Assembly: GCA_964016885.1 (NCBI GenBank)
Contig: OZ024747.1
Span: 67,642,001-67,706,000 of the forward strand
Source of the DNA: Eledone cirrhosa
Taxonomy: Eukaryota
DNA: 64,000 nt
Direction: 5' to 3'
Below are positions 27,131-41,628 of the stretch, piece after piece. Numbering within the stretch: position 1 is the stretch's first letter; each line of letters opens with the position of its first letter. A program made the translations under genes and the position numbers. The notes under the pieces were generated by a model. The model was given only the letters and a program-made list of their open reading frames with translations, had not been told where the DNA came from and made no database searches.

Positions 27131-27530
27131 TTTATTTATTGGCCACTAGGGCCAAACAGACAAGCCAAACTGAAGCAGGAGCAGTGGGGATTTACATAAA
27201 TGGGGGGTAAACAGAAGAAAAACAAATAACAATAAACAAAGAAATAAATAACAATAGAATTTCCCGATAGGGGGAGCAACACACAAGTGTAGTTAGGAAC
27301 TTCACAGATCCGGAACCACCCTAATCACCAAGAGCACAATCGGAGGGCACCAAGTTTTCCAGCCTACAGGCGCGTGGTCAAAGTAGAAATATCTGCTCGG
27401 GTCATCCTTGCTACATTCATTTAACAAATGTACTTAGTGGCAAACGCCAACCTCTTTGCTAGCATCTTGGCAAAAAGTTTATACCTTGTGTTGAGCAGAG
27501 TTATAGGCCGAACATTTTCAATCACGTCTA
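27130..27530 (-). mobile_element. Internally deleted Tx1 fragment
   Basis: IENVRPITLLNTRYKLFAKMLAKRLA (RT start) is joined almost directly to NVARMTR (ORF2 end) and a Tx1-like 3' UTR. Confidence 0.8.
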
Positions 27531-27989
27531 CCTGTACTGCTATATACATATTTCGGTGACAGCCATCAATGGCTGTGACCTTTTTAGGCAGTCCGAATTG
27601 GTGTGGGAAAGACAGGTACACATGTTGTTGAAGTGTGTTTTACTCTGTCAATATATCGATATGTCCAGCTCCTGGTTGCGTTGTTATTCTTCTTAGGAAA
27701 TGGAATCATATTATTTTACATTACTCCGGAATAAACAAACCAACCTGCGTACATGGTCGAGTTCTCCAATCTGCATACTGAGGTGTTGGTAAACAACCAA
27801 CATATACTAAAAAAAAATATATATATATATATTTTGCTTTTATTTAAAAGAATGCCTTTGATGAAAGAATCTTCTTGCAGTATAGACTGTCTTAATCTAT
27901 TGAGAGGATCGATGTTGTTTCTTGGTTCTAGAAACTGCTCTTATCCCACTCTCTACATCTAAGACTAATATACTGCCTCACTCTTTATA

Positions 27990-28405
27990 AATATCTACAC
28001 TTATCTCTCCCAATCCCCCCCTGTATATCGATCACCCCTAAACCCCCTCTCTATATCTACTACACGGTGCTCTCTTCCAATCCCCTCGCTATATCAATTA
28101 ACACCAAACTCTCCCCCTCTCTATATCTACCATACAAGACACTCTCTCTTATTCTTTCTCCCTCTATCCATCAGTACCAAACTTCCCCCTCCCCTCTCTC
28201 TATCAATCCTCTCTATTTATTACCACCCAACTCTCCCCCGCTGTACATCAACCATACAACACTCTCTTCAAATTCGTCTCTATATCAATAAACATCAATC
28301 CCTCTCCCTCTCTACATCTAATATACAATACACTCTCCCAACCTCCTCTCTATCTCAATTACCACCAACTTCTCCCCCTCTCTATATCTATCTCTCCCAT
28401 CTGTC
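27990..28405. repeat. Degenerate C/T-rich minisatellite
   Basis: Recurrent ctctcccc...ctctatatc units. Confidence 0.7.
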
Positions 28406-28455
28406 CCTACATAACATGTAATTATGCATGTAATAAGTATGTATATGTATATGTG

Positions 28456-28682
28456 TCATCATCATCATCATCATCGTTTAACGTCCCTGTTCCACGCTTG
28501 CATGGGTTTGGACGGGAGTTTTCCCACTTGAGGCAAGAGTGGTTGTCTTGCTCGCATAGGACTGTCTGGCGGGTTTTCTACAGCTGGATGCCCTTCCTAA
28601 CACCAACCACATTTACAGTGTGAGGCTGGGAGGTTTTTACCGTGTTGCCTACACGGCCACATTACAGCGTGGACTGTCTGCC
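28456..28682 (-). mobile_element. SINE 3' half with (GAT)n tail (third family)
   Basis: Minus strand ggttggtgttaggaagggcatccagctgtagaaaa...caagcgtggaacagggacgttaaacgatgatgatg. Confidence 0.65.
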
Positions 28683-28883
<201 letters not shown>

Positions 28884-29081
28884 GAGGTTTTTTTACAAAA
28901 TGAAAAATAGCCGAGGTGTCCTACACGAGTGAAAATATAAATAAAAAAAAGATGAAATCGAAAATGCAACTGGAGTCTTATTTAAAAAATATATATATAT
29001 ATTTATTTGGTTCCTTTACCGGTTTCGCAGTTCTTCTGCTTTTCAAAAGTAGAGTTGAGATGGAGGGTCTGTGGTTTTTCT

Positions 29082-29115
<34 letters not shown>

Positions 29116-29569
29116 GTAACGGGTTCTTCTGTATATTTGAACGAAATGCCTGTTGAGAAAGTGGTTTTCCTCGTTCATCATTCTACCAAAAGCCGAATAT
29201 TTTTTATGTAAGCTGACGGTAACTGATTTAGGAGCCGCAGAAACCAAAAAGCTGGAATTTACCATCATTCTAGCGGGTCCGGGTAAAGATTTTTCATTCA
29301 TTTATTTTATTATTTGTCTGACCCGAATTTTCTTGGTCGTTTTTCGGCTGTGCGAGTGATTTTAAGCATTGTCTCTGTGCGTTGGTACTTAAACGATAGT
29401 TATAGCTCTGGTTTATCCAAACTATTGAGCCCTTTGCCACACATTTCGAAGATTGTGTTTTGTTATTTCGTGGGCCGAAATTCCGATTCTCGATAATTTA
29501 TTTGTATATATGTATATATATGTATATGTAACAAAGTGGATGTGGTAAGATACCATGTGAACGATAATG

Positions 29570-29739
29570 CACCAGGGTACTCAGTACTAAGAGTAGTAGA
29601 GTGGGTAATAGAAAAAAAGTCTGGACCCCGACGGCTGAGTTGTGGGATCTAGCTGTCAAAACGGCCGGAGTCAGCCGTCGGGGTCCTGACTCTTTTCCTA
29701 TTACCCACTCTACTACCCTAAGTATCGAGTACTCTGGTG
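29570..29739. repeat. 69-bp imperfect inverted repeat with a 32-bp spacer
   Basis: Arms 29570-29638 and 29671-29739. Related sequence at 30675-30790 and 31900-31930. Confidence 0.8.
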
Positions 29740-29776
29740 GGTTATGGTCCACACGTTTTTTACTACACCCTATCTG

Positions 29777-29808
<32 letters not shown>

Positions 29809-30554
29809 ATATATGTATTTATGTGTGTGAGTGTGTGTGTATATGTGTATGTATGTATGTATATGAGTGTGTGTGTATATATGTATGTATATATGTGTGT
29901 ATGTATGTATGTATTATGTTGTGTGTATAAATGTGTGTATGTGTGTGTGTATATAGGTATATATGTGTGTGTGTGTGTGCACGTACATGTATGTATACAT
30001 ATGGCTGCCAACGTTTTGGTGTTTATTTAAATATATATCTTTCGTTTTCGATTGTGAATTTTGCTACGATTGTCTAATATTACAAATCATACACTCCCAA
30101 TAAAAGTAAATGTTTAAGTTACCTCCCGTTTTTATTCTCAAATAGTAGTACACCGTCTGTTTAAAAATGAGTGGATATTATTGTGCTTTTTATTTTTAAT
30201 TTTGTTCTCCATTCCAAGGGACTCTTTTAACATTACCTTCATTATTCCTAATTAGGCAATGAATGAATGTAATTAATCAATCAATCGAAATAATCGATTG
30301 TAGGTTGCTACTCTTCATTACCGAAACGCACGTAGAATAAAAAGATGTGTTAAATCCCCAAAAGTCTTTGGTTGTTCTTTAAATACATATTAATGTTCTG
30401 TGATACCAGTTATTTTCCAATTTTCCGATTCTTACTTCCTTGACTTTGCCTCGGATTTATTTAATCTCCAAGATTAAAAATCACAACAATTTATTGGGCT
30501 TCACAGTATTTTCTTTTTCAAAACTAAGTGGATATTTTCATTCATAAATCTTTG

Positions 30555-30628
<74 letters not shown>

Positions 30629-30790
30629 TGTGGTATATATATATATATTTCAGAATAGAACCAGTTTAGTTAAACAGAGTACTCGATACGTGGGGCAGTA
30701 GAGTATAGCTATATTATAAAGAACCGGGACTCGGAACTAGCTGCTAAAACGACAAGAGCTCAGCCGTCGATTTCCGACTCTTTATAATAA

Positions 30791-31510
<720 letters not shown>

Positions 31511-31974
31511 TGGGTCCTGTATTTTCGTTGCTCTAGTGATGCGGCTGGACTGCCGACCGCTATATCTGATTTGCTAAGCTGTCTGAACGTAATGTTATTA
31601 CTCTGGGGTCTTTCCTCATCTGATTGCTACAAACCGATTATGCATATACGCTAGCTTGGCCGTATTCTAAAGCTTCGTCAATGCTGTACTAAAATTTATA
31701 TATATATATATATAGTATTAATATATAAGGGAACAAAGAATCAGTGTTGTATCATATATATATTTAATTACATATTACATATGTTTCACTGTCGATCAGC
31801 TCGAGGAATGATCTATTAATGATCGAACCTGACTCTGGAATCGGAAGCTCCTCAGATACGTTTTAACATGTAGACTCGCGTCTATATATCAATACTATAG
31901 ATACTCTGCTCCCCAAGAGCATCGAGTGTTCATACGGCATACCGCCTATGGACGTAATTAATTTGCACCTTAAT

Positions 31975-32026
<52 letters not shown>

Positions 32027-32029
<3 letters not shown>

Positions 32030-32245
32030 GAAGTTATATTTAATTTGTTGGGATTCCAACAAACTTAAAAGTTTATAACTGATATAGAGCACTCAACAAA
32101 TTACTGGAGTAAATATTCAATATATTAATAAATGGAAACTATATTTATAAAACCATCATTATTTTATTATATATATTTCAAGGTCGACCAAGCCAATCTT
32201 GGTGCGCTTTCATCAGATAAAATACAAAATTTGTTTTATAAATAG
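32027..32245 (-). mobile_element. Penelope-like family A, diverged copy; hammerhead at 32161-32223
   Basis: ATTTTAT-CTGATGA-aag..accaag-attgg-cttggt..ctt-GAAA-TATATA-TA-ATAAAAT. Abuts (TA)n. Confidence 0.75.
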
Positions 32246-33569
32246 TGACATAACCATGGAAAACAACCTTGACGGTTGAAAATTCGCTATATATATATAT
32301 ATATGTATACACTATTTATTATTTTACAGCTTGTACTGCGAGACAGGTGCCAAAGATTTTGACACTTTTCACCTGCATCTAAAATCGTTGAAGGAAATGT
32401 TCCGCATCCAATTGCTCAGATTGTAGTACGCTTTTTCCCTTCATGTCGTCCAACCACCTTACCAATAAAGTACGAATCGCTATCACCTCAATGATTAATT
32501 TGCTTTCATAATCCCGATTTATTTTTCGCTCTCAAATTACCTCTGCTATATCCAGGGTCGAATGTTTGAGAAGTTCGCAGTGTGACCTAATTCAGGACCT
32601 CAAGATTGTGAAGCGTACTTATCTATATAGGGTGATGATAAACTAATCATGCACCACATTAAACGCTCTGAAACAGAACCCGGAAACTTGTGGTTACGAA
32701 GTGAATTTCTGAACCATACTACGTTCACAATTCCTAACTTGTAGTTTCTTACCCAACGTAATTATGTCGCGTTTTAGGTTTTTTTGTTTTGTATGTTTGT
32801 ATGCTTACTGCTGTAATTTCTATTTAGTTCAACGACGGCTAATTCCTCTAAAACTTAACATCAGTAACATGAGAAAATGGATCCTTAAAAAAATCCCCAA
32901 TCGAAGGAATTAGCAACTAAACCCTGAAAAATATGCAGCTCTTAAAAATTTGTTTCTTGTATTTTAATTGTTTATTTTTATATATTATCATTTTTCCTTC
33001 CCCAATTTGCCTAATGCTCAGGAATGAGGTCTCATTGTAAAACAATAATCATTATTATCAACTCATAATTAATTTAGAGCAGTACATGAGTCCTTTCGGC
33101 CACGAATCACCATGGATTTGCACTTGGAAAGTTCCTTTCCAAAGAGCAAACCTGGACAAGGTATAAGTGGAAAACTAGCACAATGTGTCACCAGTCCGGT
33201 AATCAAATTCACGAACTTACTCTAATCACTAGTCGTCTACGGAGGAGTTGCTCAGTCTCTTAAACGTAAATTCCATGAGCAATCTGTTCCGTTTATCGAA
33301 CAACTAAAACACTCATCGTCGAAACCGATGGAGGTCCATTCGATTCGAGTATTAGTAGAATTGGTAGAGCGTCCGGCAAAATATTTTACGGCATTTAATT
33401 ACATTTCTTAGAAATATGATTTCAAATCACGTAGGGACTGGCGTTGCCATCCATTCTTCCGGAGAGTATAAAACATGCCATAGTCATATACTGGGGATGG
33501 TATAATAAACTACGAATCTCCTTCTCCAAAATGTGTCTTTGTCCTTGCAGACATCATGATATTATTTAA

Positions 33570-34066
33570 CTCGCTAGAAAGGGATCTCCAATATGCACTT
33601 GATAGGTTTGATGTGAGTGCTGCACGGCTGGAATGAAAATTAGTGCTGTGAAAACTGAGACACTCGTCTTCTCAAGGAAGCCTGTGCAGTGTACTCTAAA
33701 TTTGAGAGGAGTTGCACTGAAGAGAGGTGAAGTTCAGGTATCTCGGGGTCGTGTTCACGATTGATGGAAAGTAGGAGGCTGAATTAAGAGCAAGAATTGC
33801 AGGAGCTGGCGCAGTAATGCGCCAGCTTCAGCATTCGCTAATCAGAAGAGGGGGGGGGGTGTAAAAGCCAAACTTGCTATCTTTAATTCGGTATTCATGC
33901 CAACATCGATGAGCTCGGTTGGTCTCGCTTAGGGATCCAAACGTATCAATTGGAGATGGTTGCTTCTGACAGAGACCGCTGGATGGAGTGTTTGAGGACT
34001 CTGTCTCCACGACCCTTCCAGAAATAAGTGGGCGAAGAAGAAGAAGAAGAAGAAGAAGAAGAAGAA
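33570..34066 (+). mobile_element. Old RTE (Expander/Rex3-like) RT fragment with (GAA)n tail
   Basis: DLQYALDRF..GMKISAVKTETLVFSRKPVQC..VKFRYLGVVFT..RIAGAGAVMRQL. Confidence 0.8.
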
Positions 34067-34389
34067 AATTTTGGTTCATTTTACAGAGAAAGTGTTAGAT
34101 CACGTTCTAACTTCCTTATCTCGGTCTGAATTTTTTAAAATTTCAGTCAATTATTTCTATGTCGAGACATCATGTTGAGATCTCGACATGATGCCGTATG
34201 ATAATCTCCTTTAAAGCTTGTCACAGTTTCACGTTGGGTGATTTTTTCAGGAATGTTCGTATTTGCACGTAGTTGCAACGATTGATAACTCTGATTCACG
34301 ATATATTATAGCATAAAGGGCATTATAATATATTATAATATATTGGACATTACAACATAGCCAGTATTTTAAGGCCATCTTCCCTGCTA

Positions 34390-35475
34390 AAGTAGAATAT
34401 AGCCTGACAGGTTCCATGACAAGTTTCTCCACTTCTCCCTGTCGTTTGCATCTCCCCACTAGCGCCCTGGCTTTCATTTCCTCCTCAATCATTTTTTCTA
34501 TATCTTCCCCTTCTTTTATATCCCTCCACATCCATTTCCATCACGTATTTAATCCGGTCAAATTCACCCATCTTCAACACATGACCCAACCATCTCATCC
34601 CATTTTTCTTCATGACATTTATTACTGTTTCTATTCTTATCATCTGCATTTCATTATTTGTCTTCTCTCTCAGCGGACCATTCTCCTTTCCGCTCTCTCC
34701 AACCTTCTCTGTTACTCCACGTTCATCATCCATGTTTCGTTCTATAAATCATGGCACTCTCACACATGCAGCACACACTTTTTCCTTAAGTTTCAGAGAC
34801 ATTCCCTTCCTCATGTGTACACCAGCCAGTTCCTAGAACCTCTTCCATTCACAGCTCACTCTAGATACTATCACAGTCTCATCCACTTATTTCATTCCAC
34901 ATGTCTCGAAGGTAACGTCATCTTCATACGATTACCAACATCCAGCTCGACACACTCTCCATCGGAATTTACCCCCCCATACACAATTTATTCTTAAATG
35001 TAGATGCCACATTATTTAATAATTTCTCCATACAACTACGTTTTGATGCACCTACACTGTGAATATCGTATATCTAATAGAGTTCATGCCAGCACCCTCC
35101 TGCCCACTGTACATGGCCATGTTCCTGTTCTTTCCATCTCACCAAATGCTTTACCACTTGCTATCACGTCTTCCCAATATTCACCTTCAAATCTTTTGCC
35201 TCTATACATTTCTTCCATCTCTGCTATCAACACCAAGTCACCTGTATACAGCAATTCATGTTAAACCTTCCTTTACGTTTCGAACTAGTACCTCCATGGA
35301 GGTACTTCAACCATCACTTCAATGTCATCACTTTTCCCGTTTTTCCTCCTCGCTCTTTCTCATACATTGCCATCAGTACTCTAACCATCAATTCCTCCAT
35401 TCTCGACGCTCTCAATGCCTATGTCACTACATCACGTAGAACCCCATCGAAAGCTTTCTCCAGATCAGCATTATG
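34390..35475 (-). mobile_element. Old RTE-clade LINE fragment
   Basis: DLEKAFD, LKVNIGKT and MRWLGHVLKM..VEGYKRRGR motifs on the minus strand. Confidence 0.8.
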
Positions 35476-36329
35476 ACAATATTATTATATATCTTTGTCC
35501 ATTGGTATTTCTATTGCCGATACTATCTGCCAGTCGCAACTTCTGGCAGAAGGATGAGAACTTTTCCGGTGACAGGAGCAAGATTTGAACTCAGAACGCA
35601 TAAAGCCGGAACAGATATCGTAAAGCATTCCGTCCAACTCTTTAACAATTCCGGCATTACACTGCCCCTGCACTCTTACTTTGTTGCTTTGTTTATAAAC
35701 TCTGAATCCACGAAAGGTAAACCTGGCTTCGATAGGATTTGAACACAGAACACAGGAAGCCGGATCAAATCCCAGCACATTAAACTTGATGCTCTAATGA
35801 CTGCCAAGATTTGTTGTCATAAAAAATGTAGACAAAAGAAATAAAATGAAGTCGTTCAAAAATGTTTTGTTACAGGTCTTTACATTCTCAGTTCAAATAT
35901 CGCTGGCGTTGAATTTGCTTGTCATCATTCCGAAATCGAAGTCGGTTAAATAAGAATCAGAATAGTTTTAATCGACTGTAGTGGTCACAACAAATGTTTT
36001 GGTTTTATAACTTATATGAAAGCTTAAAATCAATATTGTTAATTATAAATTACTAAGATTTATTTTCGATGTGGGAGTATAATATTCCAGCACCGTAGCT
36101 GTTATGCTGTGAGTGTCTTTGCTGGCGTCTGATATTTTTATGAGGTAACACCCGAGTTCGTTGTAGGGTGTTAATGAATGTGCATGTCATTTTTTCTTCT
36201 TTTTGATATACAGCACCTGAACAACATTCACGGAATATGTACAAAACATACTAAAGGAAGCAAAACAACACATAGGCTGACTTTAAACACTCACATTTAA
36301 TAAACACAAATAAACAGAAGTTCTAGTAT

Positions 36330-36510
36330 TCAAACAATATGTTTAAGACACTCAGAGAGGCTTAGCCGCAGACAGCGACATTCTTGTTAACGTTGGCGAT
36401 TTGTCTTACTGAAGTAGCAGGTGATGCTCGTGAGAAAGCTTGGCTATTTCAGCACATTAGCCTAGCTATCACATGCCATAATGTTAGTATATTGGTTTGC
36501 CTCTTCGATC
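36330..36510 (+). mobile_element. Possible CRE-clade (RLE) retrotransposon 3' remnant
   Basis: LTEVAGDAREKAWLFQHISLAITCHNVSIL resembles the CRE C-terminal GD.RE..L.QR.S.A.QRGNA..I motif. Confidence 0.55.
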
Positions 36511-37729
36511 CCCACCCCTTCACAAGAAAAAAATATTAAGGCAACACCTTAAACAAGAGCATTTCCTATTGTAGAGTGAAGTAAGTATGCATGTATTCTC
36601 TTTTTTTTTTTTTATCTTTCTGGCTCATTTTATTTATTGCTTTCTTTCTTTTGTAAATCATAAACATTTAATAAAGTCTGTCACAAGGCCAGTGGCTCAT
36701 CAGGCCGCAGCATTTCCCAGTTTCATTGGCGTTAAGCAACTGAGAATACAAGACGCATGTCTATCGTGGGGTTGACCCTCCAGCTGCAGCTAGTATTCCT
36801 TTTAAACTGAATTGACTGATTCAGGAATTCTTGGTTCAAATCTCTGAGCGGGTGGCGAACTATCTTCTTGAGCAAAAGACTTTTGGTTGTTGAATACAGT
36901 TCAATAATAAGCATGCATTTAAGGAACAATATAAATATGCATGTAAGTAACATATGGAGAACATTTAAATGAGGTTAGTACAATTTATGATATGTGTAGG
37001 GAATATAAGGGAGGAAGTTCAAATGAGGTTAGTACAGTTAATGTTTCATTTTATGAGTGGGTTGTTTGTGATTATTAAAGCTGAGAATAAACTACAAAGA
37101 ATATGGAAGGGAAGCAGCAATGACTACAGTAAATCTTGGGATGTGTTTGTTGGCTAAAGTTGTTACTGATAGTGTTACCACTGTTGTACAGCTTAGCGGT
37201 GATAGTGATGCTAGTGGTTGTGATTGTGGTGGTGATGGTGGTGGTTGCAATGAGGGTGTTAATGTTGAGGATTGTGGTGGTGATGGTGGTATATGGTCGT
37301 TGTTCTGGTTAGTGGTGATGGTGCTAGTGTGGTGGTGGTGATATTAGTTGCAATTGCAGTACTTATAGTTGTTGTCGTTGGCGTTGTTGTTGTTGTTGAT
37401 AGTGGTAGTGGTATGGTGGTGGCAGCGGAGGAGTGGTGAGGCGGTATGGTAGTATAGTGATAGTAGCAGTGATGGTGGTGTGGTGGTGATGGTAGTAGTA
37501 GTAGTAAGGTGGTGTTGTGTCTAGTCGAGGTATATAATCCGACGCTCCAGCGACAGTGATCCAACACACACACACACACACACATACACACATGCACATA
37601 CACACACATACACACATATACACACATGCTAGCGCGCACATCATTCCATGAATCGATTACATGTGTGATTTGAATGAGGACTGGGTGCTATTTCAAGCAA
37701 GTCAAGGATCGTGTAGAGCAGATTGTGCA

Positions 37730-38031
37730 ACATATTCCATGGCCGGACCACTTTTTAACATTGGAACAACTATTAGGACCATTAATATTTACTAAGCATT
37801 ATTCCAAAGATTCACCAGAACTTCTTTCCATAACACGGAACTGAGAAATCATAACACACATAACCCTCTCAGTGAAGCCCTTAAATGAGCTTTCAAGGTA
37901 AAAAAATCGCAAGCCACTCTGACTGGTCTTGCGGGCCGGATTGTGGTCTGCGGGCCGGATTGTGGTCTGCGGGCCGGATTGTGGTCTGCGGGCCGGATTG
38001 TGGTCTGCGGGCCGCTTGTTGCACACTCCTG
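37730..38031 (-). mobile_element. hAT MITE end with a 19-bp subterminal unit repeated four times
   Basis: TIR caggagtgtgcaac on the minus strand. tgcgggccggattgtggtc x4 at 37930-38012. Confidence 0.7.
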
Positions 38032-38137
38032 GAGTAGAGTGTAATTCGTTTGTGACTCCAATTAACAGTGGCTTTCTCAACAAAATATATAGTACTGTGT
38101 CTAATGTTCTAATTACTCTATCCTTAAAGTCAATGGT

Positions 38138-38338
38138 TTGGTAGAATTGTTAGTGTTGACAAAATGCTTTGCGGTATTTATTCCGTTTCTTTACTACATT
38201 CTGAGTTCCAATCCCGTCGGAATCAACTTTGCATTTCATCCATTCTGGGGTCGATATAATAAAGTAGCAGCCAAATACCGGGGTCAATTTACCTGCCCCT
38301 AAAATTGCTGGCTTTGGGCCTAAATTAGAAAATGTTAT
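38138..38338 (+). mobile_element. Older tRNA-SINE copy (similar old copies at 16180, 33350, 35540-35800, 38740, 41195)
   Basis: Degenerate A/B boxes and tttcatcc..ggggtcgata core. Confidence 0.7.
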
Positions 38339-38690
38339 TACACCATTTTAGTCTCACAATTCTATCTGTATGTCTGACATACAGATAGAGGGGGTGAAGT
38401 AGTAGGTAGGGTTACCCTTTTGACACACGGCGTTTCATGGGTATTTTGAATATGTTAGAGCCCATCCCTCTCTAGATCGGAACACAAACGATTATGAGAA
38501 ATATGAGAGAGAGAGAAAGAACGAGAGAGAAAGAGAAAGAAAAACAAAGAAAGAGAGAAAGAGAAAGAGGAAGAACGAAAGCGAGAAAGAGAGAGAGAGA
38601 GAAAGAGGAAGAACGAGAGAGAAAGAAAGAGAAAGAACAAAAAAGAGAGAGAGAAGAAGAACGAAAGGGAGAGAGAGAGGGACAGAGAAA

Positions 38691-38738
<48 letters not shown>

Positions 38739-39139
38739 TGGCGGTAGAATAAGAATCGATGCTAGTACTGGAATGGTACTTTATTTATTGACCTTGACCT
38801 CGAAAGGACGAAGGGTAATATGGACGTCTTAGAGGGTATTTCAACTTAGAGCACTGTAAAGCCGGAACAAGTATTCTATGAACTCTACCATGGCCGGTCT
38901 CCCAACACCATCAACTTGAATAAAAAATAACTCAAACTTTCCTACCAAGCATTTGAATTCTCGTTTCATCCCTCCCCTCCCCATCTCTATGTCCTTCGTC
39001 CTCTTGCACTACCTCCCCTCCCCATCTCTATGTCCCTCGTCCTCTTGCACTATTTTGCGACTATACCGCGTTCTCTTTACATTCATATAAACATCCTTTA
39101 GACATAATCTGTAAACTGAATGTCTTCCCGCTTAGATAA

Positions 39140-39211
<72 letters not shown>

Positions 39212-39409
39212 ATACTCACACATACACGTACATATGCGTTCATGTATGTACACATACAAATGCATACGTTGTATACGCATTGACATATATACACACCATA
39301 TTGCATAGAAATAACCATGAGAACATAACGATGGGGAAATGCACACAGGCCAATTATATCCACATGTAGATGTATGTACGTAATGTATGTATATATATAT
39401 GTATATATA

Positions 39410-39705
39410 ATCATATTAAAATATGGTATGCCCTCTTCAGACAAAATACAATATATAGACAGTTTTATAAATAAATTTGTCAAATTTATTTATAAAACTG
39501 TCTATATATTGTATTTTGTCTGAAGAGGGCATACCATATTTTAATATGATATCCCTGAAATATATATAATGAAATAAATATGGTTTTATAAATGTAATTT
39601 CCATTTGTTTAATATCGTAAAATACTCCAAAACTTGTTGAGTGCTTTTATATCAGTTATAAAATATTTACTCGTTGTAACCCAACATTTTAAATAAAACT
39701 TTTGC
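39410..39705 (+). mobile_element. Penelope-like family A copy with a perfect 70-bp inverted 5' arm; hammerhead at 39513-39575
   Basis: Arms 39410-39479 and 39481-39550 with a 1-nt spacer. ATTTTGT-CTGAAGA-gggc-atacca..tgatat-ccct-GAAA-TATATA-TA-ATGAAAT. Confidence 0.8.
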
Positions 39706-39720
39706 ATATATATGTATATA

Positions 39721-39756
<36 letters not shown>

Positions 39757-39789
39757 TGTATGTATGTATGTATGTATGTATGTATGTAC

Positions 39790-40382
39790 TGGTGCTACTG
39801 GTAACATGTATCCCAGTACAACCTGTCTCATGGTCGGGTCGTTGGCGACTAAACTGGCAACCCCACCAAGGTTTCTTGGTGAGGAGGGTGACTTTGGACA
39901 TCCTGCAGGACTAAAAACAAAACCTGTCAAAGGGCAAAGGAGCTCTTAAGAGTCAATGGCCATCCAAAATCACCGGGAGAGATGACCCCTTAGCCTTTGT
40001 CAAGGCAGAATTCTAGGAGAAGGAAAACTCTGATATAACACCTGCAACCCTGATGGTATCCAATGATGTTGACTTGTTCTTCTTTTTGGTAAATATCATC
40101 TTGGTTAAGAGAGTGGGACTGGCTTTGTGCAGTGCCTTTGCTCACTATAAAAGCTTCACGGCACAGGCATTGCTTTATATCTGGAGATCTCTCTGCACTT
40201 GTCGTCACATGGTACCATGGGCCCAGCACTGTGTCAGTAATTGTCACAAGTGTAGTGTTTGTACCAGAGTTTTCAAGTCGCTGGCTCGACTAAAAAGTCA
40301 CACTCGTTCAGCGCATCGGTAGGGGTTCTCCTACATGGATATAAAGTAGTGGCCGTACTCGAAAACGAGTTGGCAGCCACCA
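39790..40382 (+). mobile_element. Bipartite non-autonomous RTE derivative, copy 2
   Basis: Near-identical to 12645-13244. Zinc finger remnant CSVCTRVFKSLARLKSHTRSAH* is intact. Confidence 0.88.
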
Positions 40383-40407
40383 TATGTATATATATATATG
40401 TGTGTGT

Positions 40408-40818
40408 CCGGGAGAGATGACCCCTTAGCCTTTGTCAAGGCAGAATTCTAAGAGAAGGAAAACTCTGATATAACACCTGCAACCCTGATGGTATCCAATG
40501 ATGTTGACTTATTCTTCTTTTTGGTAAATATCATCTTGGTTAAGAGAGTGGGAGTGGCTTTGTGCAGTGCCTTTGCTCACTATAAAAGCTTCATGGCACA
40601 GGCATTGCTTTATATCTGGAGATCTCTCTACACTTGTCGTCACATGGTACCAAAGGCCCAACACTATGTGTCAATAATTGTCACAGGTGTAGTGTTTGTA
40701 CCAGAGTTTTCAAGTCGCTGGCTGGACTAAAAGTCACACTTGTTTAGCGCATCGGTAGGGGTTCTCCTACATGGATATAAAGTAGTGGCCGTACTCGAAA
40801 ACGAGTTGGCAGCCACCA
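40408..40818 (+). mobile_element. Bipartite non-autonomous RTE derivative, 5'-truncated copy 3
   Basis: Matches the 3' 410 bp of copy 2 and has a (TGTA)n tail. Confidence 0.88.
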
Positions 40819-41418
40819 TGTATGTATGTATGTATGTATGTCATTACCCTATCTAGACTAAAGTCATCGACCTGTTGTCAAACTCTCTACTCTCTTTTGA
40901 ATGAGTATATATATATATGTGCGTGTATGTATATGTGTGTATAAACATCACTCAGTCAAACGACCAGATTTCAACCCCAACATCTACAACAACAACACCG
41001 GCACTAATGTTTACAGCAACAACAGCGGCATCAAAAGATTAAAAAAACACAAAAAAAAACTCAAAATAACAAAACACACACACACACACGCACACAACAC
41101 AACAACAACATCAACTGCCACCACCACCACCACTACCACCACCACCGCCGCCATCACCATCACCAGCGACCGGGCCTTAAGAAAACAACTTTAATAATAA
41201 TTTTTCTGCTTTTGGCACGGATCCAGCGCATCACTGGTACTCTCTTTTGTTGACTCCGTGGAGATGAAAGGCAAGGTTGACCTCGGCGGGATTTAAGCTC
41301 AGAGCGTGGAGAGCCATAACTCTATGCTGTTGGACTGTAATACGAACGGCTTCAACTATACAAACTCTTGAAAGTCAACAGTTGACATAATCTTGTAATC
41401 TTGTATCAGTAATGATGG

Positions 41419-41500
<82 letters not shown>

Positions 41501-41628
41501 AAGTGAGTAGAGTAGCGTGTGTGTGTTTGTTTGTATGTATGAGTGTTGCTGTGCGCGCGCATATGTATGCGCGTGTGTGTATGTCGTACGTATATGTGTC
41601 AATAAATGATTTTTTTTTTTTTTTTTTT

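Noticed and set aside
27535-27700. FGLPKKVTAIDGCH resembling a Harbinger transposase motif
   Set aside because: Too short, with an in-frame stop upstream and no further motifs or TIRs.
37930-38012. 19-bp x4 repeat as a CRISPR or iteron array
   Set aside because: Contiguous units with no spacers. It is an expanded hAT subterminal motif next to a TIR.
38971-39052. 41-bp direct duplication
   Set aside because: Ordinary local tandem duplication with no further structure.
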